In this document: positions 24,679 through 39,435 of the stretch, piece by piece
Layout of the letters: each line of letters opens with the position of its first letter
Position numbering within the stretch: position 1 is the stretch's first letter
NCBI RefSeq assembly: GCF_030684315.1
Contig: NC_081394.1
Span: 1,612,001 to 1,676,000, forward strand
From: Stegostoma tigrinum
Lineage: Eukaryota
Length of the DNA: 64,000 nt
Direction: 5' to 3'
The notes under the pieces: model-generated
The model's database searches: none
Seen by the model: only the letters and a program-made list of their open reading frames with translations
Told to the model about the DNA's origin: nothing
Program-made: the position numbers and the translations under genes

Positions 24679-24820
24679 GTAGAGCTGGAGGGACACAGCA
24701 GGTCATGCAGCATCAGAGGAGAAAGAAAGTCGATGTTTCGGGTTTACATCGTTCATCAGGACTCTCACCGTGCTCAACATTGTATTGACTGTGACTCCAG
24801 CATCTGCAGTTCTTGCTATC
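24679..24820. mobile_element. PLE pLTR fold-back mini-insertion
   Basis: TSD tcccat(tt/ga)tgtattgt at 24663-24678 and 24821-24836. Confidence 0.65.
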
Positions 24821-24878
24821 TCCCATGATGTATTGTCAGCCTTGATTATACAGTCAAATGAACAGTAATTTAGAAACA

Positions 24879-25038
24879 GCATCATAGGAACAGGAAGGCT
24901 GACGTTTCGGGCCTGGATCCTTCATCCAAAATGTCAGCCTTCCTGCTCCTATGATGCTGCTTGACCTGCGGTGTTCATCCAGCTCTATACCTTGTTGTCT
25001 CAGATTCTCCAACATCTGCAGTTCCTATTATCTCTGAT
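24879..25038. mobile_element. PLE pLTR fold-back mini-insertion
   Basis: TSD gtaatttag(a/c)aaca at 24865-24878 and 25039-25052; inverted arms meet inside the HHR. Confidence 0.75.
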
Positions 25039-25189
25039 GTAATTTAGCAACAAGGAGGTAGTGGAATTGGAGCCTCCATGCAGCACTGACTGAGGAACTA
25101 GGAGATGTGAATTATAGATCATACAGCACCACCAGGGGGGAGGGGGTGTCATGACAGCATGATGTATTTACGTTGACATTGCCATTGTT

Positions 25190-26320
25190 ATACTTAAGAG
25201 CATAGAAATATAGAAATTCAGAGTAGAAACAGGCTATTCTGCCCCTCAAGATGCTCCATGTCTTCTGTGTTCATGGCTAAAATTCTACTTTCTCATCTAT
25301 CCCCAATAACCTTTGATACCCCTGCCTATTCACAATAACGAGACATTAGAATGTTACATTGCCTTCCTGGCGCCAGGATCAAAGATATCTCGGAGTGAAC
25401 GTAGAATGTTCTCAATGGGAGAGGGACCAGCAGGAGATCTATGTACACGTTCAAACTAATGACGTAGGAAGTGAAAAGGTGAGATTCTGAGGAGAGAATA
25501 GAGGACGTAGGCAGGAATTTAAGTAAGTCCTCAAAGGTAATAATATCTGGATTACTCCAACATCACCAGCTAGTGAAAGTAGGAATAGTAGGATGGAGCA
25601 GATGAATGCTTGGCTGAGGAGCTGGTGCAGGGGAGAAGGGTTCACATTTTTGAATTATTGGAATCTCTTCTGGGGTAGTAGTGGCCTGCATAATAAGAAC
25701 AGATTGCATCTGAATTGAAAGAGGACTAACATACTGGTGGGCAGATTTGCAAAAGTAGCTCAGGAGGATTTATTGGGGGAAGTGGCCAAGGAGATTGGGA
25801 GGAAAGAGATCAGTCTGTGAACCATATAATTGGGAAAAGGAGAATGCTACATTGACTGGCTCCCCCTTGTCTACTCGTTACATCTTCATAAAATTCCAAA
25901 AGATTTGTCAAGCATGATTTCCCCTTCATAAATCCATGCTGACTCTGTCTGATTCTGCCACTGCTTTCCAAATATTCTTCTATAAAGTCCCTGATAATGG
26001 ATTCAAGACTTTTTCCAATTACTGATGTTAAATATCCTGGTCTATAGTTCCCTCTTATTTCTCTACTTCCCTTTTTGAATATTGGAGCTACCCTCCAATC
26101 TGCAGGGACTATTCCAGAGTCTATCAAATCCTGGAAAGTGATCACTAATGTATCACTATTTTGAGAGCAACTTCCTTAAGTACTCTAGGATGTAGATTAT
26201 CGAGCCTGGGGATTAATCTGCCTTCAATCTCAACAATTTTGCCAGCACCATTTCTCTACTAATATTGATCTTCTGCAGTTCTTCCCTCTCACTAAATTTT
26301 GCATTCACAATATTTCTGGT
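25190..26320. mobile_element. Old CR1 fragments in both orientations
   Basis: + strand ORF1 esterase-like remnant (C.PGARIKDI, HV.TND); minus-strand GNYRP...QHGFMKGKSCLTNL. Confidence 0.7.
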
Positions 26321-27649
26321 TTTTGATTGGAGAGGAAATCATGAAGAAGAGAAGCTTATTTCAGGATCTCAGGAAGGCACACAAATGAATGAAAAACATT
26401 CTTAAGTTAATGCAGAAATTTGCTGAAATGCAATTCCTTACAGTTGTGCCAGCTCAACCAGGAACTAAAGGGGAGGCAGGGTGGATCTTTGCTGAGGTTG
26501 GAGAGTCTGTAAGGATGTTATTGAGGCTATTGGATTGAGCTTTCTTTCTTATATTAATAGGAACTTGACATTGTTCAGATTTAATGTAACATTGTGTTTT
26601 ATTTTCTCTTGTTTTCAATATGTTTTCATGTTGCTTGTTAAAAGTAAATTGACAGCTTCTTGTGAATGTGTTCAGTGACTGACTACCATGGTGAACAAAA
26701 AGAGGAAAGAAATCTGATGGCCTATTAAGCCAGATTTCCTGTGGGATCTGAGTTGTCCAGTAACACTATCAGCTGTGCCATAACAAACGCTTGAAGAGAA
26801 AGCCATTTATCCTTCTGCAATTTTCAGTGTCTGCATAGAACCATAGACTAATAGGGCTCATAAAGAGGTTATTTGTCCATAGATCTGTGCTGGCTCCTTC
26901 AGACACTATATTCAGGAGCACCTCTGACAAGCTTTACAAGGAAAGGGCAGGGATGGGCTGAAGATTGGGATCAATTAGATTAATCAAACAGAACGATCGA
27001 ACAGGCTTGCTGGGTTGGTTGGTCTCTTTCTGTTCTGTAACATTCTGGAGTCCTGTGAGTTTTAAGTCCTCTGCAGATCAGAGACAAACAGTGAATTTCT
27101 GTACATTTCACATTCAGAACGAACTGATATTTCAGCTGTTTTGCCTCTTTATGGTGATTGTTTTGATGGTGAGGCTGGATAGGAGGTGCAGGGTTTCCCT
27201 GTGTTTTCTCAGCTTTGCTGCTTTGTCATCATGACAACTTCTAAAAAATTCATATGAGAGATTACAGAATCATATAGTGCAGAAGAGGGCCTTCAGCCAT
27301 TATGTCAGTATCTGCAAAAATACTAAACTATCTATACGAGTCACACTTTTCTACACTAGGCCCATGCCTCTCTGTGCTCCTCCATTTCTCACTTTTTGTT
27401 TATCCCCAAGATTGAAGGAGGGATTCCAGAGCTTTGGGCCCAGATGGAAATTGAGGAATTCTCAATGACCCAGAGGGTGCAGAAATGTCAAAATGTTGTA
27501 GCAGAATGGTTGGGGAACATGAACAGCTTGTATGAGTGTCTTGGGAGAAATCTTTGGAAGGGATCAACCATTGGAATCTGACTATAAAGCTGGAAAGTCT
27601 AGAAGACACACCATCAACAAAATTCAGTTGGGTGGATTGGCCAAGTTAA

Positions 27650-29960
27650 CTGAGAGTCATAGAGTCATGTAGTCACACTGATGTACAGCATGGAAGAAGG
27701 CCCTTCGGTTGGACTTGTCCATGTGAACCAGATATCCTGAATAAATTTAGTTCCATTTGCCAGCATTTGGCCCAAATCACTCTAAACCCTTCCTCTTCAT
27801 ATACGCATCGATGCCTTTTAAATGCTGTAATTGTACAAGCCTCCACCACTTCTTCTAGTAGCTCAGAGAGTGGTGGATATATGGAACGCTCTGCCCCAGA
27901 AGGCAGTGGAGGCCAACTCTCTGTACTTTCAAGAAAGAGATAGATAGAGCTCTTAAAGATAGTGGAATCAAGGGTTATGGGGATAAGGCAGGAACAGGAT
28001 ACTGATTGTGGATGATCAGCTCGAAGGGCCGAACGGCCTACTCCAGCACCTATTGTCTATTGTCTACTGTCTCATTCATATACACACCATCCTCTGCATG
28101 AGAAAGTTGCCCCTCAGGCCCCTTTTGAATCTTTACCCTCTGAACTTAAACCAATGTCCTATAGGTTTTGACTCCACTACAGTGGGGAAAAGACCTTGGC
28201 TATTTAATCTGTATATACTCCTCATGACTTTACAAACTTCTGTAAGGTCTCCCTGAGCCTCCAACCCTCCAGGCAAATTGGCCTCTCCCTATAGCTCAAA
28301 CCTTCCAACCCTGGCAACATTCTTGTACATCTTTTCTGAACCCTTTCAAGTTTCACAACATCCTTCCTACAACAGAGAACAGAATGGAATATGGTTTTCT
28401 GAAACTGGCCTAAACGATGTCCTGTATGCCACAATATGACCTCTGAAATCCTACACTCAGTGCAATGACCAATAAAGGCAAATGTACCAAATGCCTTTTT
28501 CACTACTCTATCTACTGGTGACTCTAAACCGAAGGATCTATTAAACCTCACTCCAAAGTCGCTTTGTTCAGCAACGCTCCCCAGGACCTTACTATTAAGT
28601 GTGCAAGTCCTGCCCTGATTTACCTTTCCAAAATGCAGCACCTCACATTTACCTAAATTAAATTCCATCTGCCACTCCTTAGCTCATTAGCCCAACTGAT
28701 CAAGGTCCCATTCTATTCTGAGGTTACTTTCTTGGCTGTCCATTACACCTCCATTTTTGGTGTCATCTGCAAATTAACCATACCCCCTATGTTCACATCC
28801 AAGTCATTTGTGTAAATGACAAAAAACTGTGAACCCAGCACCAATCGTTCTGGCACACCATTGGTCATGGGCCTCCAGCCTGAAAACCAGTCCTCCACCA
28901 CCAATCTCTATCCCCTACCTTTGAGCTAGTTATGCATCCAAATAGCTAGGGGTTTCTGTACATAATTCTTTGAAGTTTGCAATGTGAACCATCTACAGGA
29001 CACACAAGCAACTCTACTCGGTTACACAAAAGATAGAAAACATAGAAGATAGGAGTAGGAGGAGGTCACTTGGCCCTTCGGGCCTGATCTACAATTCGTT
29101 GCGTTTCTGGCTGATTGTCCAACTCAACAGCCTAATCCTGCTTTATCCCTATAACCTTTGATCCCATTGACCCCAAGTGCTATATCCAGACACCTCTTGA
29201 ATACATTCAATGTTATAGCATTAACTACTTCCTGTGGTATTGAATTCCACTCTTTAGGTGAAGAAATGTCTCCTCATTGCTGTCCTAAATCATATACCCT
29301 GAATCTTCAGACTGCGACCCCTAGTTCTGGACATACCCACCCACCCTGCATCTAACCTGTCCAGTCCTGTTACAATTTTCTAAGTCTCTATGAGATCCTC
29401 CCTTCATTTGTCTGAACTCCAAGACAATTCTGATCAATCTCTATCTAAATGGTTAGTTGTCGCTGTATTCCATGTGCTCTAACCTTGCTAACTAGTCTAC
29501 CATGCAGAACCTTGTTGAATGTCTTACTGATGTCCATCCGGATCACGTCCACTGTTCTGCACTCCTCAATCCTCTTTGTTACTTCTTCAAAAAGCTCAGT
29601 CATGTCAGTGAGACACGATTTCCCACTCACAAAGCCATGTTGACTATCCCAAATCATGCCATGACTTTCCAAATACATATAAATTCTGTCTCTCAGGATT
29701 CCCTCCAAAAACTTGCTCACCACTGACGTCAGGCTCATTGTTCTTTAGTTCTCTTGCTTTTCATTACCACATTATTTAAATAGTGGCACCAAGTTAGCCA
29801 ACTTCCAGTTTTCTGGTATCTCACCTATGGCTATTGATGACACAAATATCTCAGCAAGGGCACCAGCAATCACTTCCCTCACTTCTCACTGAGACCTACG
29901 GTACACCCGATAAAGACATCTTTATGTATTTTAAGGCATCCAGCACCACCACCTCTGTGC
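27650..29960 (-). mobile_element. Nested degenerate CR1 fragments
   Basis: MEFNLGKCEVLHFG, QHGFVSGKSCLTD, several CR1 3' tails. Confidence 0.8.
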
Positions 29961-30300
29961 CTGTGGTGTTGAAGGATATGTAGGTTAGGTGGAATAGCCA
30001 TGGGAAATGTAGGGTTACAGGGACAGAGTGGGGGCAGTGGGTCTGGGTGGAATGTTCTTCAGAGGTTGAGTGTGAACTCAATGGACCAAATGGCTCGCTG
30101 CTTCCATACTGTAGGGAATCTATAATTCTATGAAATACGATGTCAAGAGTAAATGTCAAGGTGATTCAAGTCATAAAGTGAGGAAAAAGTGAGAAAACAG
30201 CACCACATCTGTCACTACAAGCTAACTGTTAACTGGTGAAAAGATCTTTGATGTTATTTCTTTGTAGACTAGAGAGTCATTGGCATGATTCACAGAAACA

Positions 30301-32252
30301 GGAAGGAAGAAGGTAGCTTACATAAGGTGGAGGAAGCTAGGGTCAAGCTCAGCTCTAGAGGATTACAGGCAGGCGAGGAAGGAGCTCAAAAATGGTCTGA
30401 GGAGAGCCAGGAGGGGGCACGAGAAAGGCTTGGCAGAACGGATTAGGGAGAACACAAAGGCATTTTACACTTATGTGAGGAATAAGAGAATGGTCAAAGA
30501 AAGAGTAGGGCCGATCAGGGATAGCATAGGGAACTTGTGTGTGGAGTCTGAGGAGGTAGGGGAAGCCCTAAATGAGTTTTTTGCTTCTGTCTTTACGAAA
30601 GAAAAACTTTGTAGTGAATGAAACCTTTGAAGAGCAGGTGTGCATGCTGGAATGGATAGAGATAGAGGAAGCTGATGTGCTGAAAATTTTGTCAAACATT
30701 AAGATTGACAAGTCGCCAGGCCCGGACCAGATTTGTCCTCGGCTGCTTTGGGAAACGAGAAATGTAATTGCTTCGCCACTTGCGAAGATCTTTGCATCCT
30801 CGCTCTCCACTGGAGTTGTACCTGAGCACTGGAGAGAAGCAAATGTAATTCCTCTCTTCAAGAAAGGAAATAGGGAAATCCCCGGCAATTACAGACCAGT
30901 AAGTCTCACGTCTGTCATCTGCAAGGTGTTAGAAAGAATTCTGAGGGATAGGATTTATGACCATCTGGAAGAGCATGGCTTGATCAAATACAGTCAACAC
31001 GGCTTTGTGAGGGGCAGGTCATGCCTCACAAACCTTATCGAATTCTTTGAGGATATGACTAGAAAAGTTGATGAGGGTCGAGCTGTGGATGTGGTGTATA
31101 TGGACTTCAGCAAGGCATTTGATAAGGTTCCCCATGGTAGGCTCATTCAGAAGGTCAGGAGGAATGGGATACAGGGGAACATAGCTGTCTGGATACAGAA
31201 TTGGCTGGCCAACAGAAGACAGCGAGTGGTAGTAGAAGGAAAATATTCTGCCTGGAAGTCAGTGGTGAGTGGTGTTCCACAGGGCTCTGTCCTTGGGCCT
31301 GTACTGTTTGTCATTTTTATTAATGACTTGGATGAGGGGATTGAAGGATGGGTCAGCAAGTTTGCAGACGACACAAAGGTTGGAGGTGTCGTTGACATTA
31401 TAGAGGGCTGTTGTAGGCTGCAGCGGGACATTGACAGGATGCAGAGATGGGCTGAGAGGTGGCAGATGGAGTTCAACCTGGATAAATGCGAACTGATGCA
31501 TTTTAGAAGGTCGAATTTGAAAGCTGAGTACAGGATTAAGGATAGGATTCTTGGCAGTGTGGAGGAACAGAGGTATCTTGGTGTGCAGATACATATATCC
31601 CTTAAAATGGCCACCCAAGTGGACGGGGTTGTTCAGAAAGCATATGGTGTTTTGGCTTTCATTAGCAGAGGGGTTGAGTTTAAGAGTCGTGAGATCTTGT
31701 TGCAGCTCTATAAAACTTTGGTTAGACCGCACTTGGAATACTGCGTCCAGTTCCGGTTGCCCTATTATAAGAAAGATGTGGATGCTTTGGAGAGGGTTCA
31801 GAAGAGGTTTACCAGGATGCTGCCTGGACTGGAGGGCTTATCTTATGAAGAGAGGTTGACTGAGCTTGGACTTTTTTCATTGGAGAAAAGGAGGAAGAGA
31901 GGGGACCTAATTGAGGTATACAAGATAATGAGAGGCATAGATAGAGTTGATAGCCAGAGACTATTTCCCAGGGCAGAAATGGCTAACACGAGGGGCCATA
32001 GTTTTAAGCTGGTTGGAGGAAAGTATAGAGGGGATGTCAGAGGCGGGTTCTTTACACAGAGAGTTGTGAGAGCATGGAATGCGTTACCAGCAGCAGTTGT
32101 GGAAGCAAGGTCATTGGGGACATTTAAGAGACTACTGGACATGCATGTGGTCACAGAAATTTGAGGGTGCATACATGAGGATCAATGGTCGGCACAACAT
32201 TGTGGACTGAAGGGCCTGTTCTGTGCTGTACTGTTCTATGTTCTATGTTCTA
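30301..32252 (+). mobile_element. Young 5'-truncated CR1/L3 LINE (ORF2 30430-32164, frameshift near 30600)
   Basis: KSPGPD, NYRPVSLTS, QHGF, RT motifs, (TTCTATG)n tail. Same subfamily as 4299-5574, in the opposite orientation. Confidence 0.95.
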
Positions 32253-33499
32253 GGCCCATTCAGCTCCCTCCTCAACCCTGTTACACAGGAACAGCGGGGT
32301 GGCTATTCAGCTCCCTCCTTGACCTTTGAAACGGGAACAGGAGGAGGATATTCAGCCCCCTCCTCAAGTCTATTCCACAGGATTAGGAGTCAGCCCATTC
32401 AGCTCCCACGTTGAGCCTGTTACACAGGAATGATGGGAAAGGAGGCCCAACCATGACAAACAAGGGAAATTGAGAACAGTATTAGATCTAAGGAAGGGTC
32501 AGAGAAATAAACTATACAGCAGGGGATGTGAGGATTGGGAGCAGTTTTGGTGGAAGAAGGGATTGAATAAGCAGGGAAAAGTAAGTGTATGAGAGGAAGA
32601 CAAATATAGGTCCCTTACAATTAGAAACAGGGGATTTATAATGGGGAACAAAGAAATGGCCAACCAGTTTTGGTTTAGCCTTCGCAATAAAATTAAAGAG
32701 TAGGGATTGGGTGTAGTTTATTGAGATGGAGAGATCTGCCTGGCACATGAAAAACAAAAAGTTGGAATAAATGATTCATTTTCCAAGAGGCAGCCAGTGA
32801 CTATTAGCGTACCATAGCAATCAATGCTTGACCCCATCTATTCACAAGATACATTCATGATTTGGTTGAGGGAATTCAATCTAATAACTCCGAGTACAAA
32901 TACAACACAACATCCTTTTATTGTCAAGTGTACTTCATTGTAGGAGTACAGTGAAAATCTTTTACAATGTTTATCTTCTAATGGAGACATCTTGGGGATA
33001 AGTACCTAGGTGCAATTCTTGGATACAGCAGAGGAACAGAAGTAGCTGCTTAATTATACAGTTAAAAATAAATTAAAAACAGGAAAATATTAAGTAGTAG
33101 AAAACATAAAGCTGGATGGGAAGGTGAGCTGTGAGGAGTGTGCACAGATGCTTAATTCTAATTTGTACAAGTTTAGTGGGTATACAATTGTGTGGCAGAT
33201 GAAGTATACTATGAATAAAAGGGAGGCAGTGAAGGCAGCAAATGGTCTGCTGTCCTTCGTGGCGAGAGGATTGGAGTACAGGAGGAAAGATGTGTTGCTG
33301 TGATTATATAGGGCTTTGCTGAGACCACACCTGGAGTATTGTATATAGTTTTGGTCTCCTTATCTGAGGAAGGGTTGCAGTGAAGGTTTACCAGACTGAT
33401 TCCTGTGATGGCAGGACTGACATATGAAAAGAGATTGGGTCAGTTAGGAATATATTCACTGCAATTTAAAAGAATGAGGCACATGAAACTATTAGCTGT

Positions 33500-33710
33500 T
33501 ACACAAGAAATGAGTGGTCCCATTCAGCGCCTCCAGCCTGTAATACTAGAACAGGAAGAGACCATTCAGCCCATCGAACCTGTTACACTGGATTAAGAAG
33601 AGGCCATTCAGCACCTCAACCCTGTACACTGGAATGGGAGGAGGCTATTCAGCTCCTTGAACCTATTACACTGGGGTCGGAGGAGGCCATTCGGTCACCT
33701 TGAACCGTGT
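33500..33710 (+). repeat. ~40-bp minisatellite (gaggccattcagcccctcgaacctgttacactggaac type); also at 32253-32430
   Basis: Repeated ccattcagc...cctgttacac units. Confidence 0.7.
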
Positions 33711-35199
33711 CAATAGCTGCTCAGGTCTGCAGAGCAATACTGTCAGGGTCATGCACAGGGTTCACAGCTTGTTTACTGTAAGACCAGGTAAACTGCCACT
33801 TTAACACTCTGTACTACCTCCTGATACAACGCGCAGTGATACATCAGCCTCTCGAATTAATACACAGAGTGAACAGCACAGGAAGAAACCATTCAGCCCA
33901 AGTAGAGCGTGTTGCCAGTTACTGTCCAGGCGAGCAGTCGGAGAGAAAGTAGGTGAGTAATGTAACATTTGGAACTCAGTTCCTTGATCAACATTGTCCT
34001 TTGTTGATGTTGTGATTATACAGATTCCAATGACTGATGTCTCTGAAATGTTTCTGCTTCTTATTGAGATCTGGGCTGAAGGCAGAACCTCTTTCCAGAT
34101 CACGGGACAAGGGAAGTGCAGAGATACGAGCTTTGGGACTGAAAACTGGCAATGCTGGAGAAACCCAGGAGATCTGGCAGTATTTATGGGCAGAGAGAAA
34201 TAGAGTTAACATGTTGAGTCCAATCTGACTGTTCTTCTGAAGTAAAGGGGGTTGGTAAATGATGGTTTTTATGTTGTTGACAGCGGGAGAGGATGAGCAA
34301 GAGGGACAGATATTGATGGTGCCTGGGAGAGAAAACCGAAGGACTGCTAATAATGGTGAAAGAGAGCTTGAGACGTAAAATAGGTGTTAATGATGGGTGT
34401 GAATAGGAGAGAATGTGTCCGCTGTACTGGGAGGTAAGCCATTAAGACCAAGAAGGATATAATCAAAATCAGGACTGAATTTGTTCATAGATAACGGGAA
34501 CTGCAGATGCTGGAGAATCCGACATAACAAAGTGTGGAGCTGGATGAACGCAGCAGGCCAAGCAGCATCTCAGGAGCACAAAAGCTGACGTTTCAGGTTC
34601 AACTTAGTGCTGAAAGCTGTAAAGTGCTCAGTGGATAATGAGGTGTTGTTCCTCCAGCTTACATTGAGCTTCATTGGAACACAGGCGCAGTCCTAAGCCT
34701 GGTGTTCAACATTGAGCTCAGTAAATTCAGAGCTTACCCTCTGTCCCACATATTGATCGGAACACCCTCCCCCATCATCAACATACATCTCATTGGCATT
34801 CATCCAAGCACAGTGGACCCACGTTTTCCTTTACACACTGATCAACTGCAGCCATTTCATATCTCAATCTCTGTTTTACCAGTATTATTACTGCTCCTTT
34901 TCCTCTGGGCACTTTCACCAACTGTTCCATCCCTCCTTCACTTTTGTCAACTGCTTAAAAAACACAATTTTCCACGTTCTTTCAATTCTGCAGAAGTGAT
35001 ATTGTACTCAAACTGTTTTTTTCTTGCCAGACCTGCCGGCTTTCTCCAGAACCTTTTGATTTATTTGATAATTTCCAGCATTCACATAAATTTGCTTTTA
35101 TTTGAGCTTGTGATTGTTCTGAGGTGATGAAAAGTACTACAAAATACTGTTTCCTGAGAGGTGTCATTCTTTGAATGCTTGTCACTCTGCAGAGCACTT

Positions 35200-38100
35200 G
35201 TATCTATAGGTGAGAGGTTGGAAGAGCACAGCAGGTCTGACACCAGAGGAGCAGGAAAGTCAACATTTCAGGGCAAAATCCTTCATCAGGAGAAGGGGAG
35301 GGTAGTCCAGAAATAAATAGGAGGAGGGTGGAGCTGGCGGGGGGAGCGGGTGGAAAGGGTAGGAGAGATTCTGATAGGTGGATGCAGATAAGGGGTTATT
35401 GTGAGTGGTCTATGGAAAAGGTGAGGCGGATTGGTGAGTAGGAAGATGGACAGGCAAGGTCAGATCAGGAGGGAAAGGGCTGGAAATAGGATACGGCTGG
35501 GAGTGGAGAGATTTTGAAGCTGATGAAATCAATTATGAAGCCATTTTGGAAACAGGCCATTTGGCCCAATAATCTACACCAACCCCCTAAAGAGCATCCC
35601 ACCCAGACCCATCATCCTACCCTGTACTTTAACCCTGCATTTCCCATGGCTATTGTACCTAACCTACCCACTATGGGCAATTTAGCATGGTCAATCCATT
35701 TAACTCGTACATCTTTGGGCTGTGGGGGTAAACCAGAGCATCTCGTGGAAACCCACACAGGCACAGGGAGAATGTACAACCATCACACAGTTATCTAAGG
35801 CCGGAAATGGATTGAGGTCTCTAGTGCTGTGAGGCAGCAGCGCTGATCACTGAGTCACCGTGCCAGCGTTGTTCCTCCAGTTTGTGTTTGGCCTCACTCT
35901 GCCAGTGGAGGAGGACACATTGTCAGGGAAGTGTGACAGGGGAATTAAAATGGATGGCAACCAGAAGGTAGCGTTGGTTGATGTGTGCAAAGAACAGATG
36001 CTCCGCGAACCGGTCCCTGAGTCTGTATTTGGTCTCCCCGATATACAGGAGGCCACAATGGGAGCAATGGATGCAATAGAACGGGTTAGATGATATGCAG
36101 GTGAATCCCTGTTGGATCTGGAAGGATTGTTTGTGGTTTTGGTCGAGGTGACGGGGAGGTGTAGGGGCAGGTGTAACACCTTCTGCATTTGCAGGAAAAG
36201 GTGCCAACTGTAGTAGGGTTAGTGGGGAGTGTGGAGCGGATGAGGGAGTTACGGAGTGAGATGTCCCTGTGGAAAGCAGATAGGATGGGGAGGAAAATAT
36301 CTTTTTGGTGGTAGGGTTGGATTATAGGTGATGGAAATGTTGGTGGATGATGCATTGGTTCTGGAGTTTGGTGGGATGGTACGTGAGGACAAAAGGGACC
36401 CAATCCTTTATGTTGTTGGAGGGAGGGGGTTTGAGGGCAGAAGTGTGGAAAATGGAGGAGATGTAGTTGAGGGCATCCGTAATTACAGAGGAGGTGAAAC
36501 TGTGGTTCCTAAAGTAAGAGGATATCTTGGATGTCTTGGAGGACAACGCCTCATCCTGACAGCAGATGTGGTGGAGGTGGAGGAATTGGGAATATGGGAT
36601 CACATTTTAGCAGTGGAGGTGGGTGAGATGAGGTGTTGTCAAGCTAAGTATGAGAGTCAGTGGGTTTGTAATAGATGTCGGTGGTGAGTCAGTTTTCAGA
36701 GATGGAGACGTAGAAGAGATGAAAGAGGAGGGGGTGTCAGAATAGTCCCTGAGATTTTAAGGGCGGGGTAGAAGGTGTTGGCAAGTTGACGAACTGCTTG
36801 AGAACCTTGTGGGAACACAAGGCAGCACCAATGCAACATCAATACAGCAGAGAAAGAGGTGAAGGATGCTGTTGGTGTGGTTGCGGAAGAGAGACTTGTT
36901 CCACAAATCCTACGAAAAGGCGGACAATGCTCAGGCCCATGTGGGTACCCATAGCCACTCCTTTGGTTTGTCGCAAGTGGGAGGACCAAAGGAGAAATTG
37001 TTGAGAGTGAGGACCAGTTCAGCAAAGCGAATGTCAGTGAGTATGTCAGTGGAGGGGCCTGGTTGGGTCTACAGGAAAGGAGGAAGTGGCCCCTAACATA
37101 TGATGCTATCTGGGAAGTTCTGGAGTAGAATGCCTCAAGCTGGGAGAAGATGCGGTGGAAGAATTCGGACTATGGGGTAGCATTTTTGCAGGAGGGCAGG
37201 TGAGGGGAGGGTGTATACAGGTGTATGTCCATAGTAAGGATGAGGTATTGGAGGCTGGGGAACTGAAAATTTTAGAAAAGGTGGAGGACGTTGGTTGTAT
37301 CCCAAATGCAGGCAGGGAATTCCTGGACCTAAGGGGGAAAGAATGGAGTTGAGGTAGGAGGGAATGAGCTTGGTGGGGCAGGAGTAGGCAGATACAATGG
37401 ATCGACAGGGACATACAGGTTTATGGATTTTGAGTAGGAGATAGCAATGGGTGGTATGGGGTGGGGAACTATCAGGTTGGAGGCTGGGGAAGGGAGATCT
37501 CCTGAGGTAATGAGGTTGTTAATGGTCTGGAAGATAATGGCTTGGTGATCACAGGTGGGGTCAAGATCAAGGAGACAGTAGGAGGTGGTGTCAGAACCTG
37601 GCCTCAGTGATGTAGAGATCAGTGTACCATACTACCACTGTGCCACCTCCACCCCCTTTGTTGGCAGGTTTGATAGAGTGTTTGGAGTTGGAGTGAGGAG
37701 AGCAGAAGGCTGCACGTTCCAATGGGTTGAGGTTGGAGTAAGTGAGAGGGGAGGAGGGATTCAAGCAATTGATGTCACAAAGGGAATTTGAGATAAAGAG
37801 GTTGAGAGAAGGTAAGAAGCCAGGTGGGAATGTGAAGGAGGGTGGATTTTGTTGGAGGTGGGAGAAGAGGGTCATCAGAGGTTGGGTTAGATTTCTGCTT
37901 AAAGAAATGTGTTGAGGTGGCGGAAGGAACAATCGATGTGATGGCGTGTTTGGAATTCATTTATTTGTGGGGACAAGGGAATGAAGGAAAGCCCTTTGCT
38001 GAGGACTGATTGTTCAGCCTTAGTGAGGGAAAGGTCCAGGGAAGCTAGGAGCGGGGGTGGAGGCTTCATCCAGAGTGGGTGTGTGTACTAGAGTGGTTAC

Positions 38101-38995
38101 ATGGATGGAAGCAGAAGTAAGGCAATCGTCACTGATGTTGATGTTGACGGAAGTGGCAGTCACATTGTCATCAACGTCAGTGGAAGTGGTGGTCATGTGA
38201 TCTGCAGGTGTGGCTGGAGCACCCATGTGGTCAATGGCGTCGGGCTAACCCCAGACAAGCTAGGAGAGCAGGTTACGATGCTGAATGGTTGAGGAGGTTT
38301 GTGTCTGGAGCTAAGTATGGGACAGTTTGGCATACTTATGGACTTTGACATCTGAAAGGGTGGAGAAAAGGTGTTAGTTGAGGGTTTGGATCCTTCTGAG
38401 AACAGAGAACAGTAGATGTCCGGTGCAGGTCTGGGAGAGAGGGCCCCCTGAGCTAGAGCAAGGCTGACTGCTGGAGAGAAGGCATTGATGCATGGCAGGG
38501 AACTTGGAGCTGAGAATCCATTGGGATAATAATTTCTGGAGGCACTGGAGGTACTGAAAATAACAATTGTCATGGTGGGTCCAAATTGTGAACGTCTGAA
38601 AGTTATTTGGAGTGCATGGGGGATGAGCCGGCTACGTTGACAGGCACTGAGAAAGGAGGCATAGCTGTAGAGTCGAGATTGCTTCAGAATGTGGCTGAAG
38701 AGCTTCATGGCAGAGGAGACAACCGGGGTGGCAGTGGGGGGGGGAAGGGAAGCATGTCAGGTGGTTTGCAGTGGGAGAAAGACTCACTGAGGTCCCTTCA
38801 GAGGGAGGAGTAAAACTTCTTTGAGGGTGGGCATACTTCACACAGACTTTACAGTGCTGGTTTTCAATGGCTTGGAGACAATAAGGACTGCAGATGCTGG
38901 AAGCCAGAGTATATAAGTGTGAGGCTGGAAAAGCACATCGTCAGACAGTATCTGAGAAGCAGGGAAGTCAACGTTTCAAGCCAAAACCTTCTTCA
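35200..38995 (-). mobile_element. Long degenerate PLE with pLTR-like ends, interrupted by HE1 at ~35545-35865
   Basis: CIHCSHCGLLYIGETKYRLRDRFAEH, IKPANKGG.VVVW.TDLY, degenerate HHR-like motifs at ~35260 and ~38970. Confidence 0.8.
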
Positions 38996-39395
38996 GCATG
39001 GTGAATAATGAGAGGACACCAGAAATAAATAGAGGGAGAAGTGTGGGATTGGGTGACCGGTGGGAGAGATTCTGAAGTGGTTGCAGGTTGGGGGATATTC
39101 TGATTGGTTTGTGGGAAGGGTGGACATGGAATTAGGGTGGACGTGGAGGGATTTTGAAGCTGGTGAAGTCAATAATAAGGCCATTTGACTTTAATCTTCC
39201 AAGGTGAAATATCAGGTGTTGTTGGAAGTTAAGACCGCTTATCATCTCATAGAGAGTCAAAGTGGTCAGTGAGGACATTGTCTAAAAGTAGTTCTGATCT
39301 CTCAAGACCTGTTGGACAAAAGGTGGGGTCTCATTAACTCCTTTCTCTTTCAGAGATTGAGCAGGAGATGCTGATGAAATATCTGGGGACTGGGA

Positions 39396-39435
39396 ATGAT
39401 TGGGAAATTTTACTTCCTGCTGTCACTTCTCCAAG
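39396..39435 (+). CDS. Siglec-like signal-peptide exon (exon starts at 39354 after ctttctctttcag, implying an upstream non-coding exon)
   Basis: Translates MIGKFYFLLSLLQ; donor G|gtaatg, phase 1; continues VRLAQEW in the V exon. Confidence 0.75.

Noticed and set aside
30170-30305. IRF/RUNX/E-box/ETS-like motif cluster as promoter of the Siglec-like gene
   Set aside because: Short, imperfect motifs 9 kb upstream of the ATG; expected by chance; no transcript evidence.
33860-33958. Strong donor AG|GTGAGT as the end of the non-coding first exon
   Set aside because: Plausible, but a lone donor match is not enough to call an exon.
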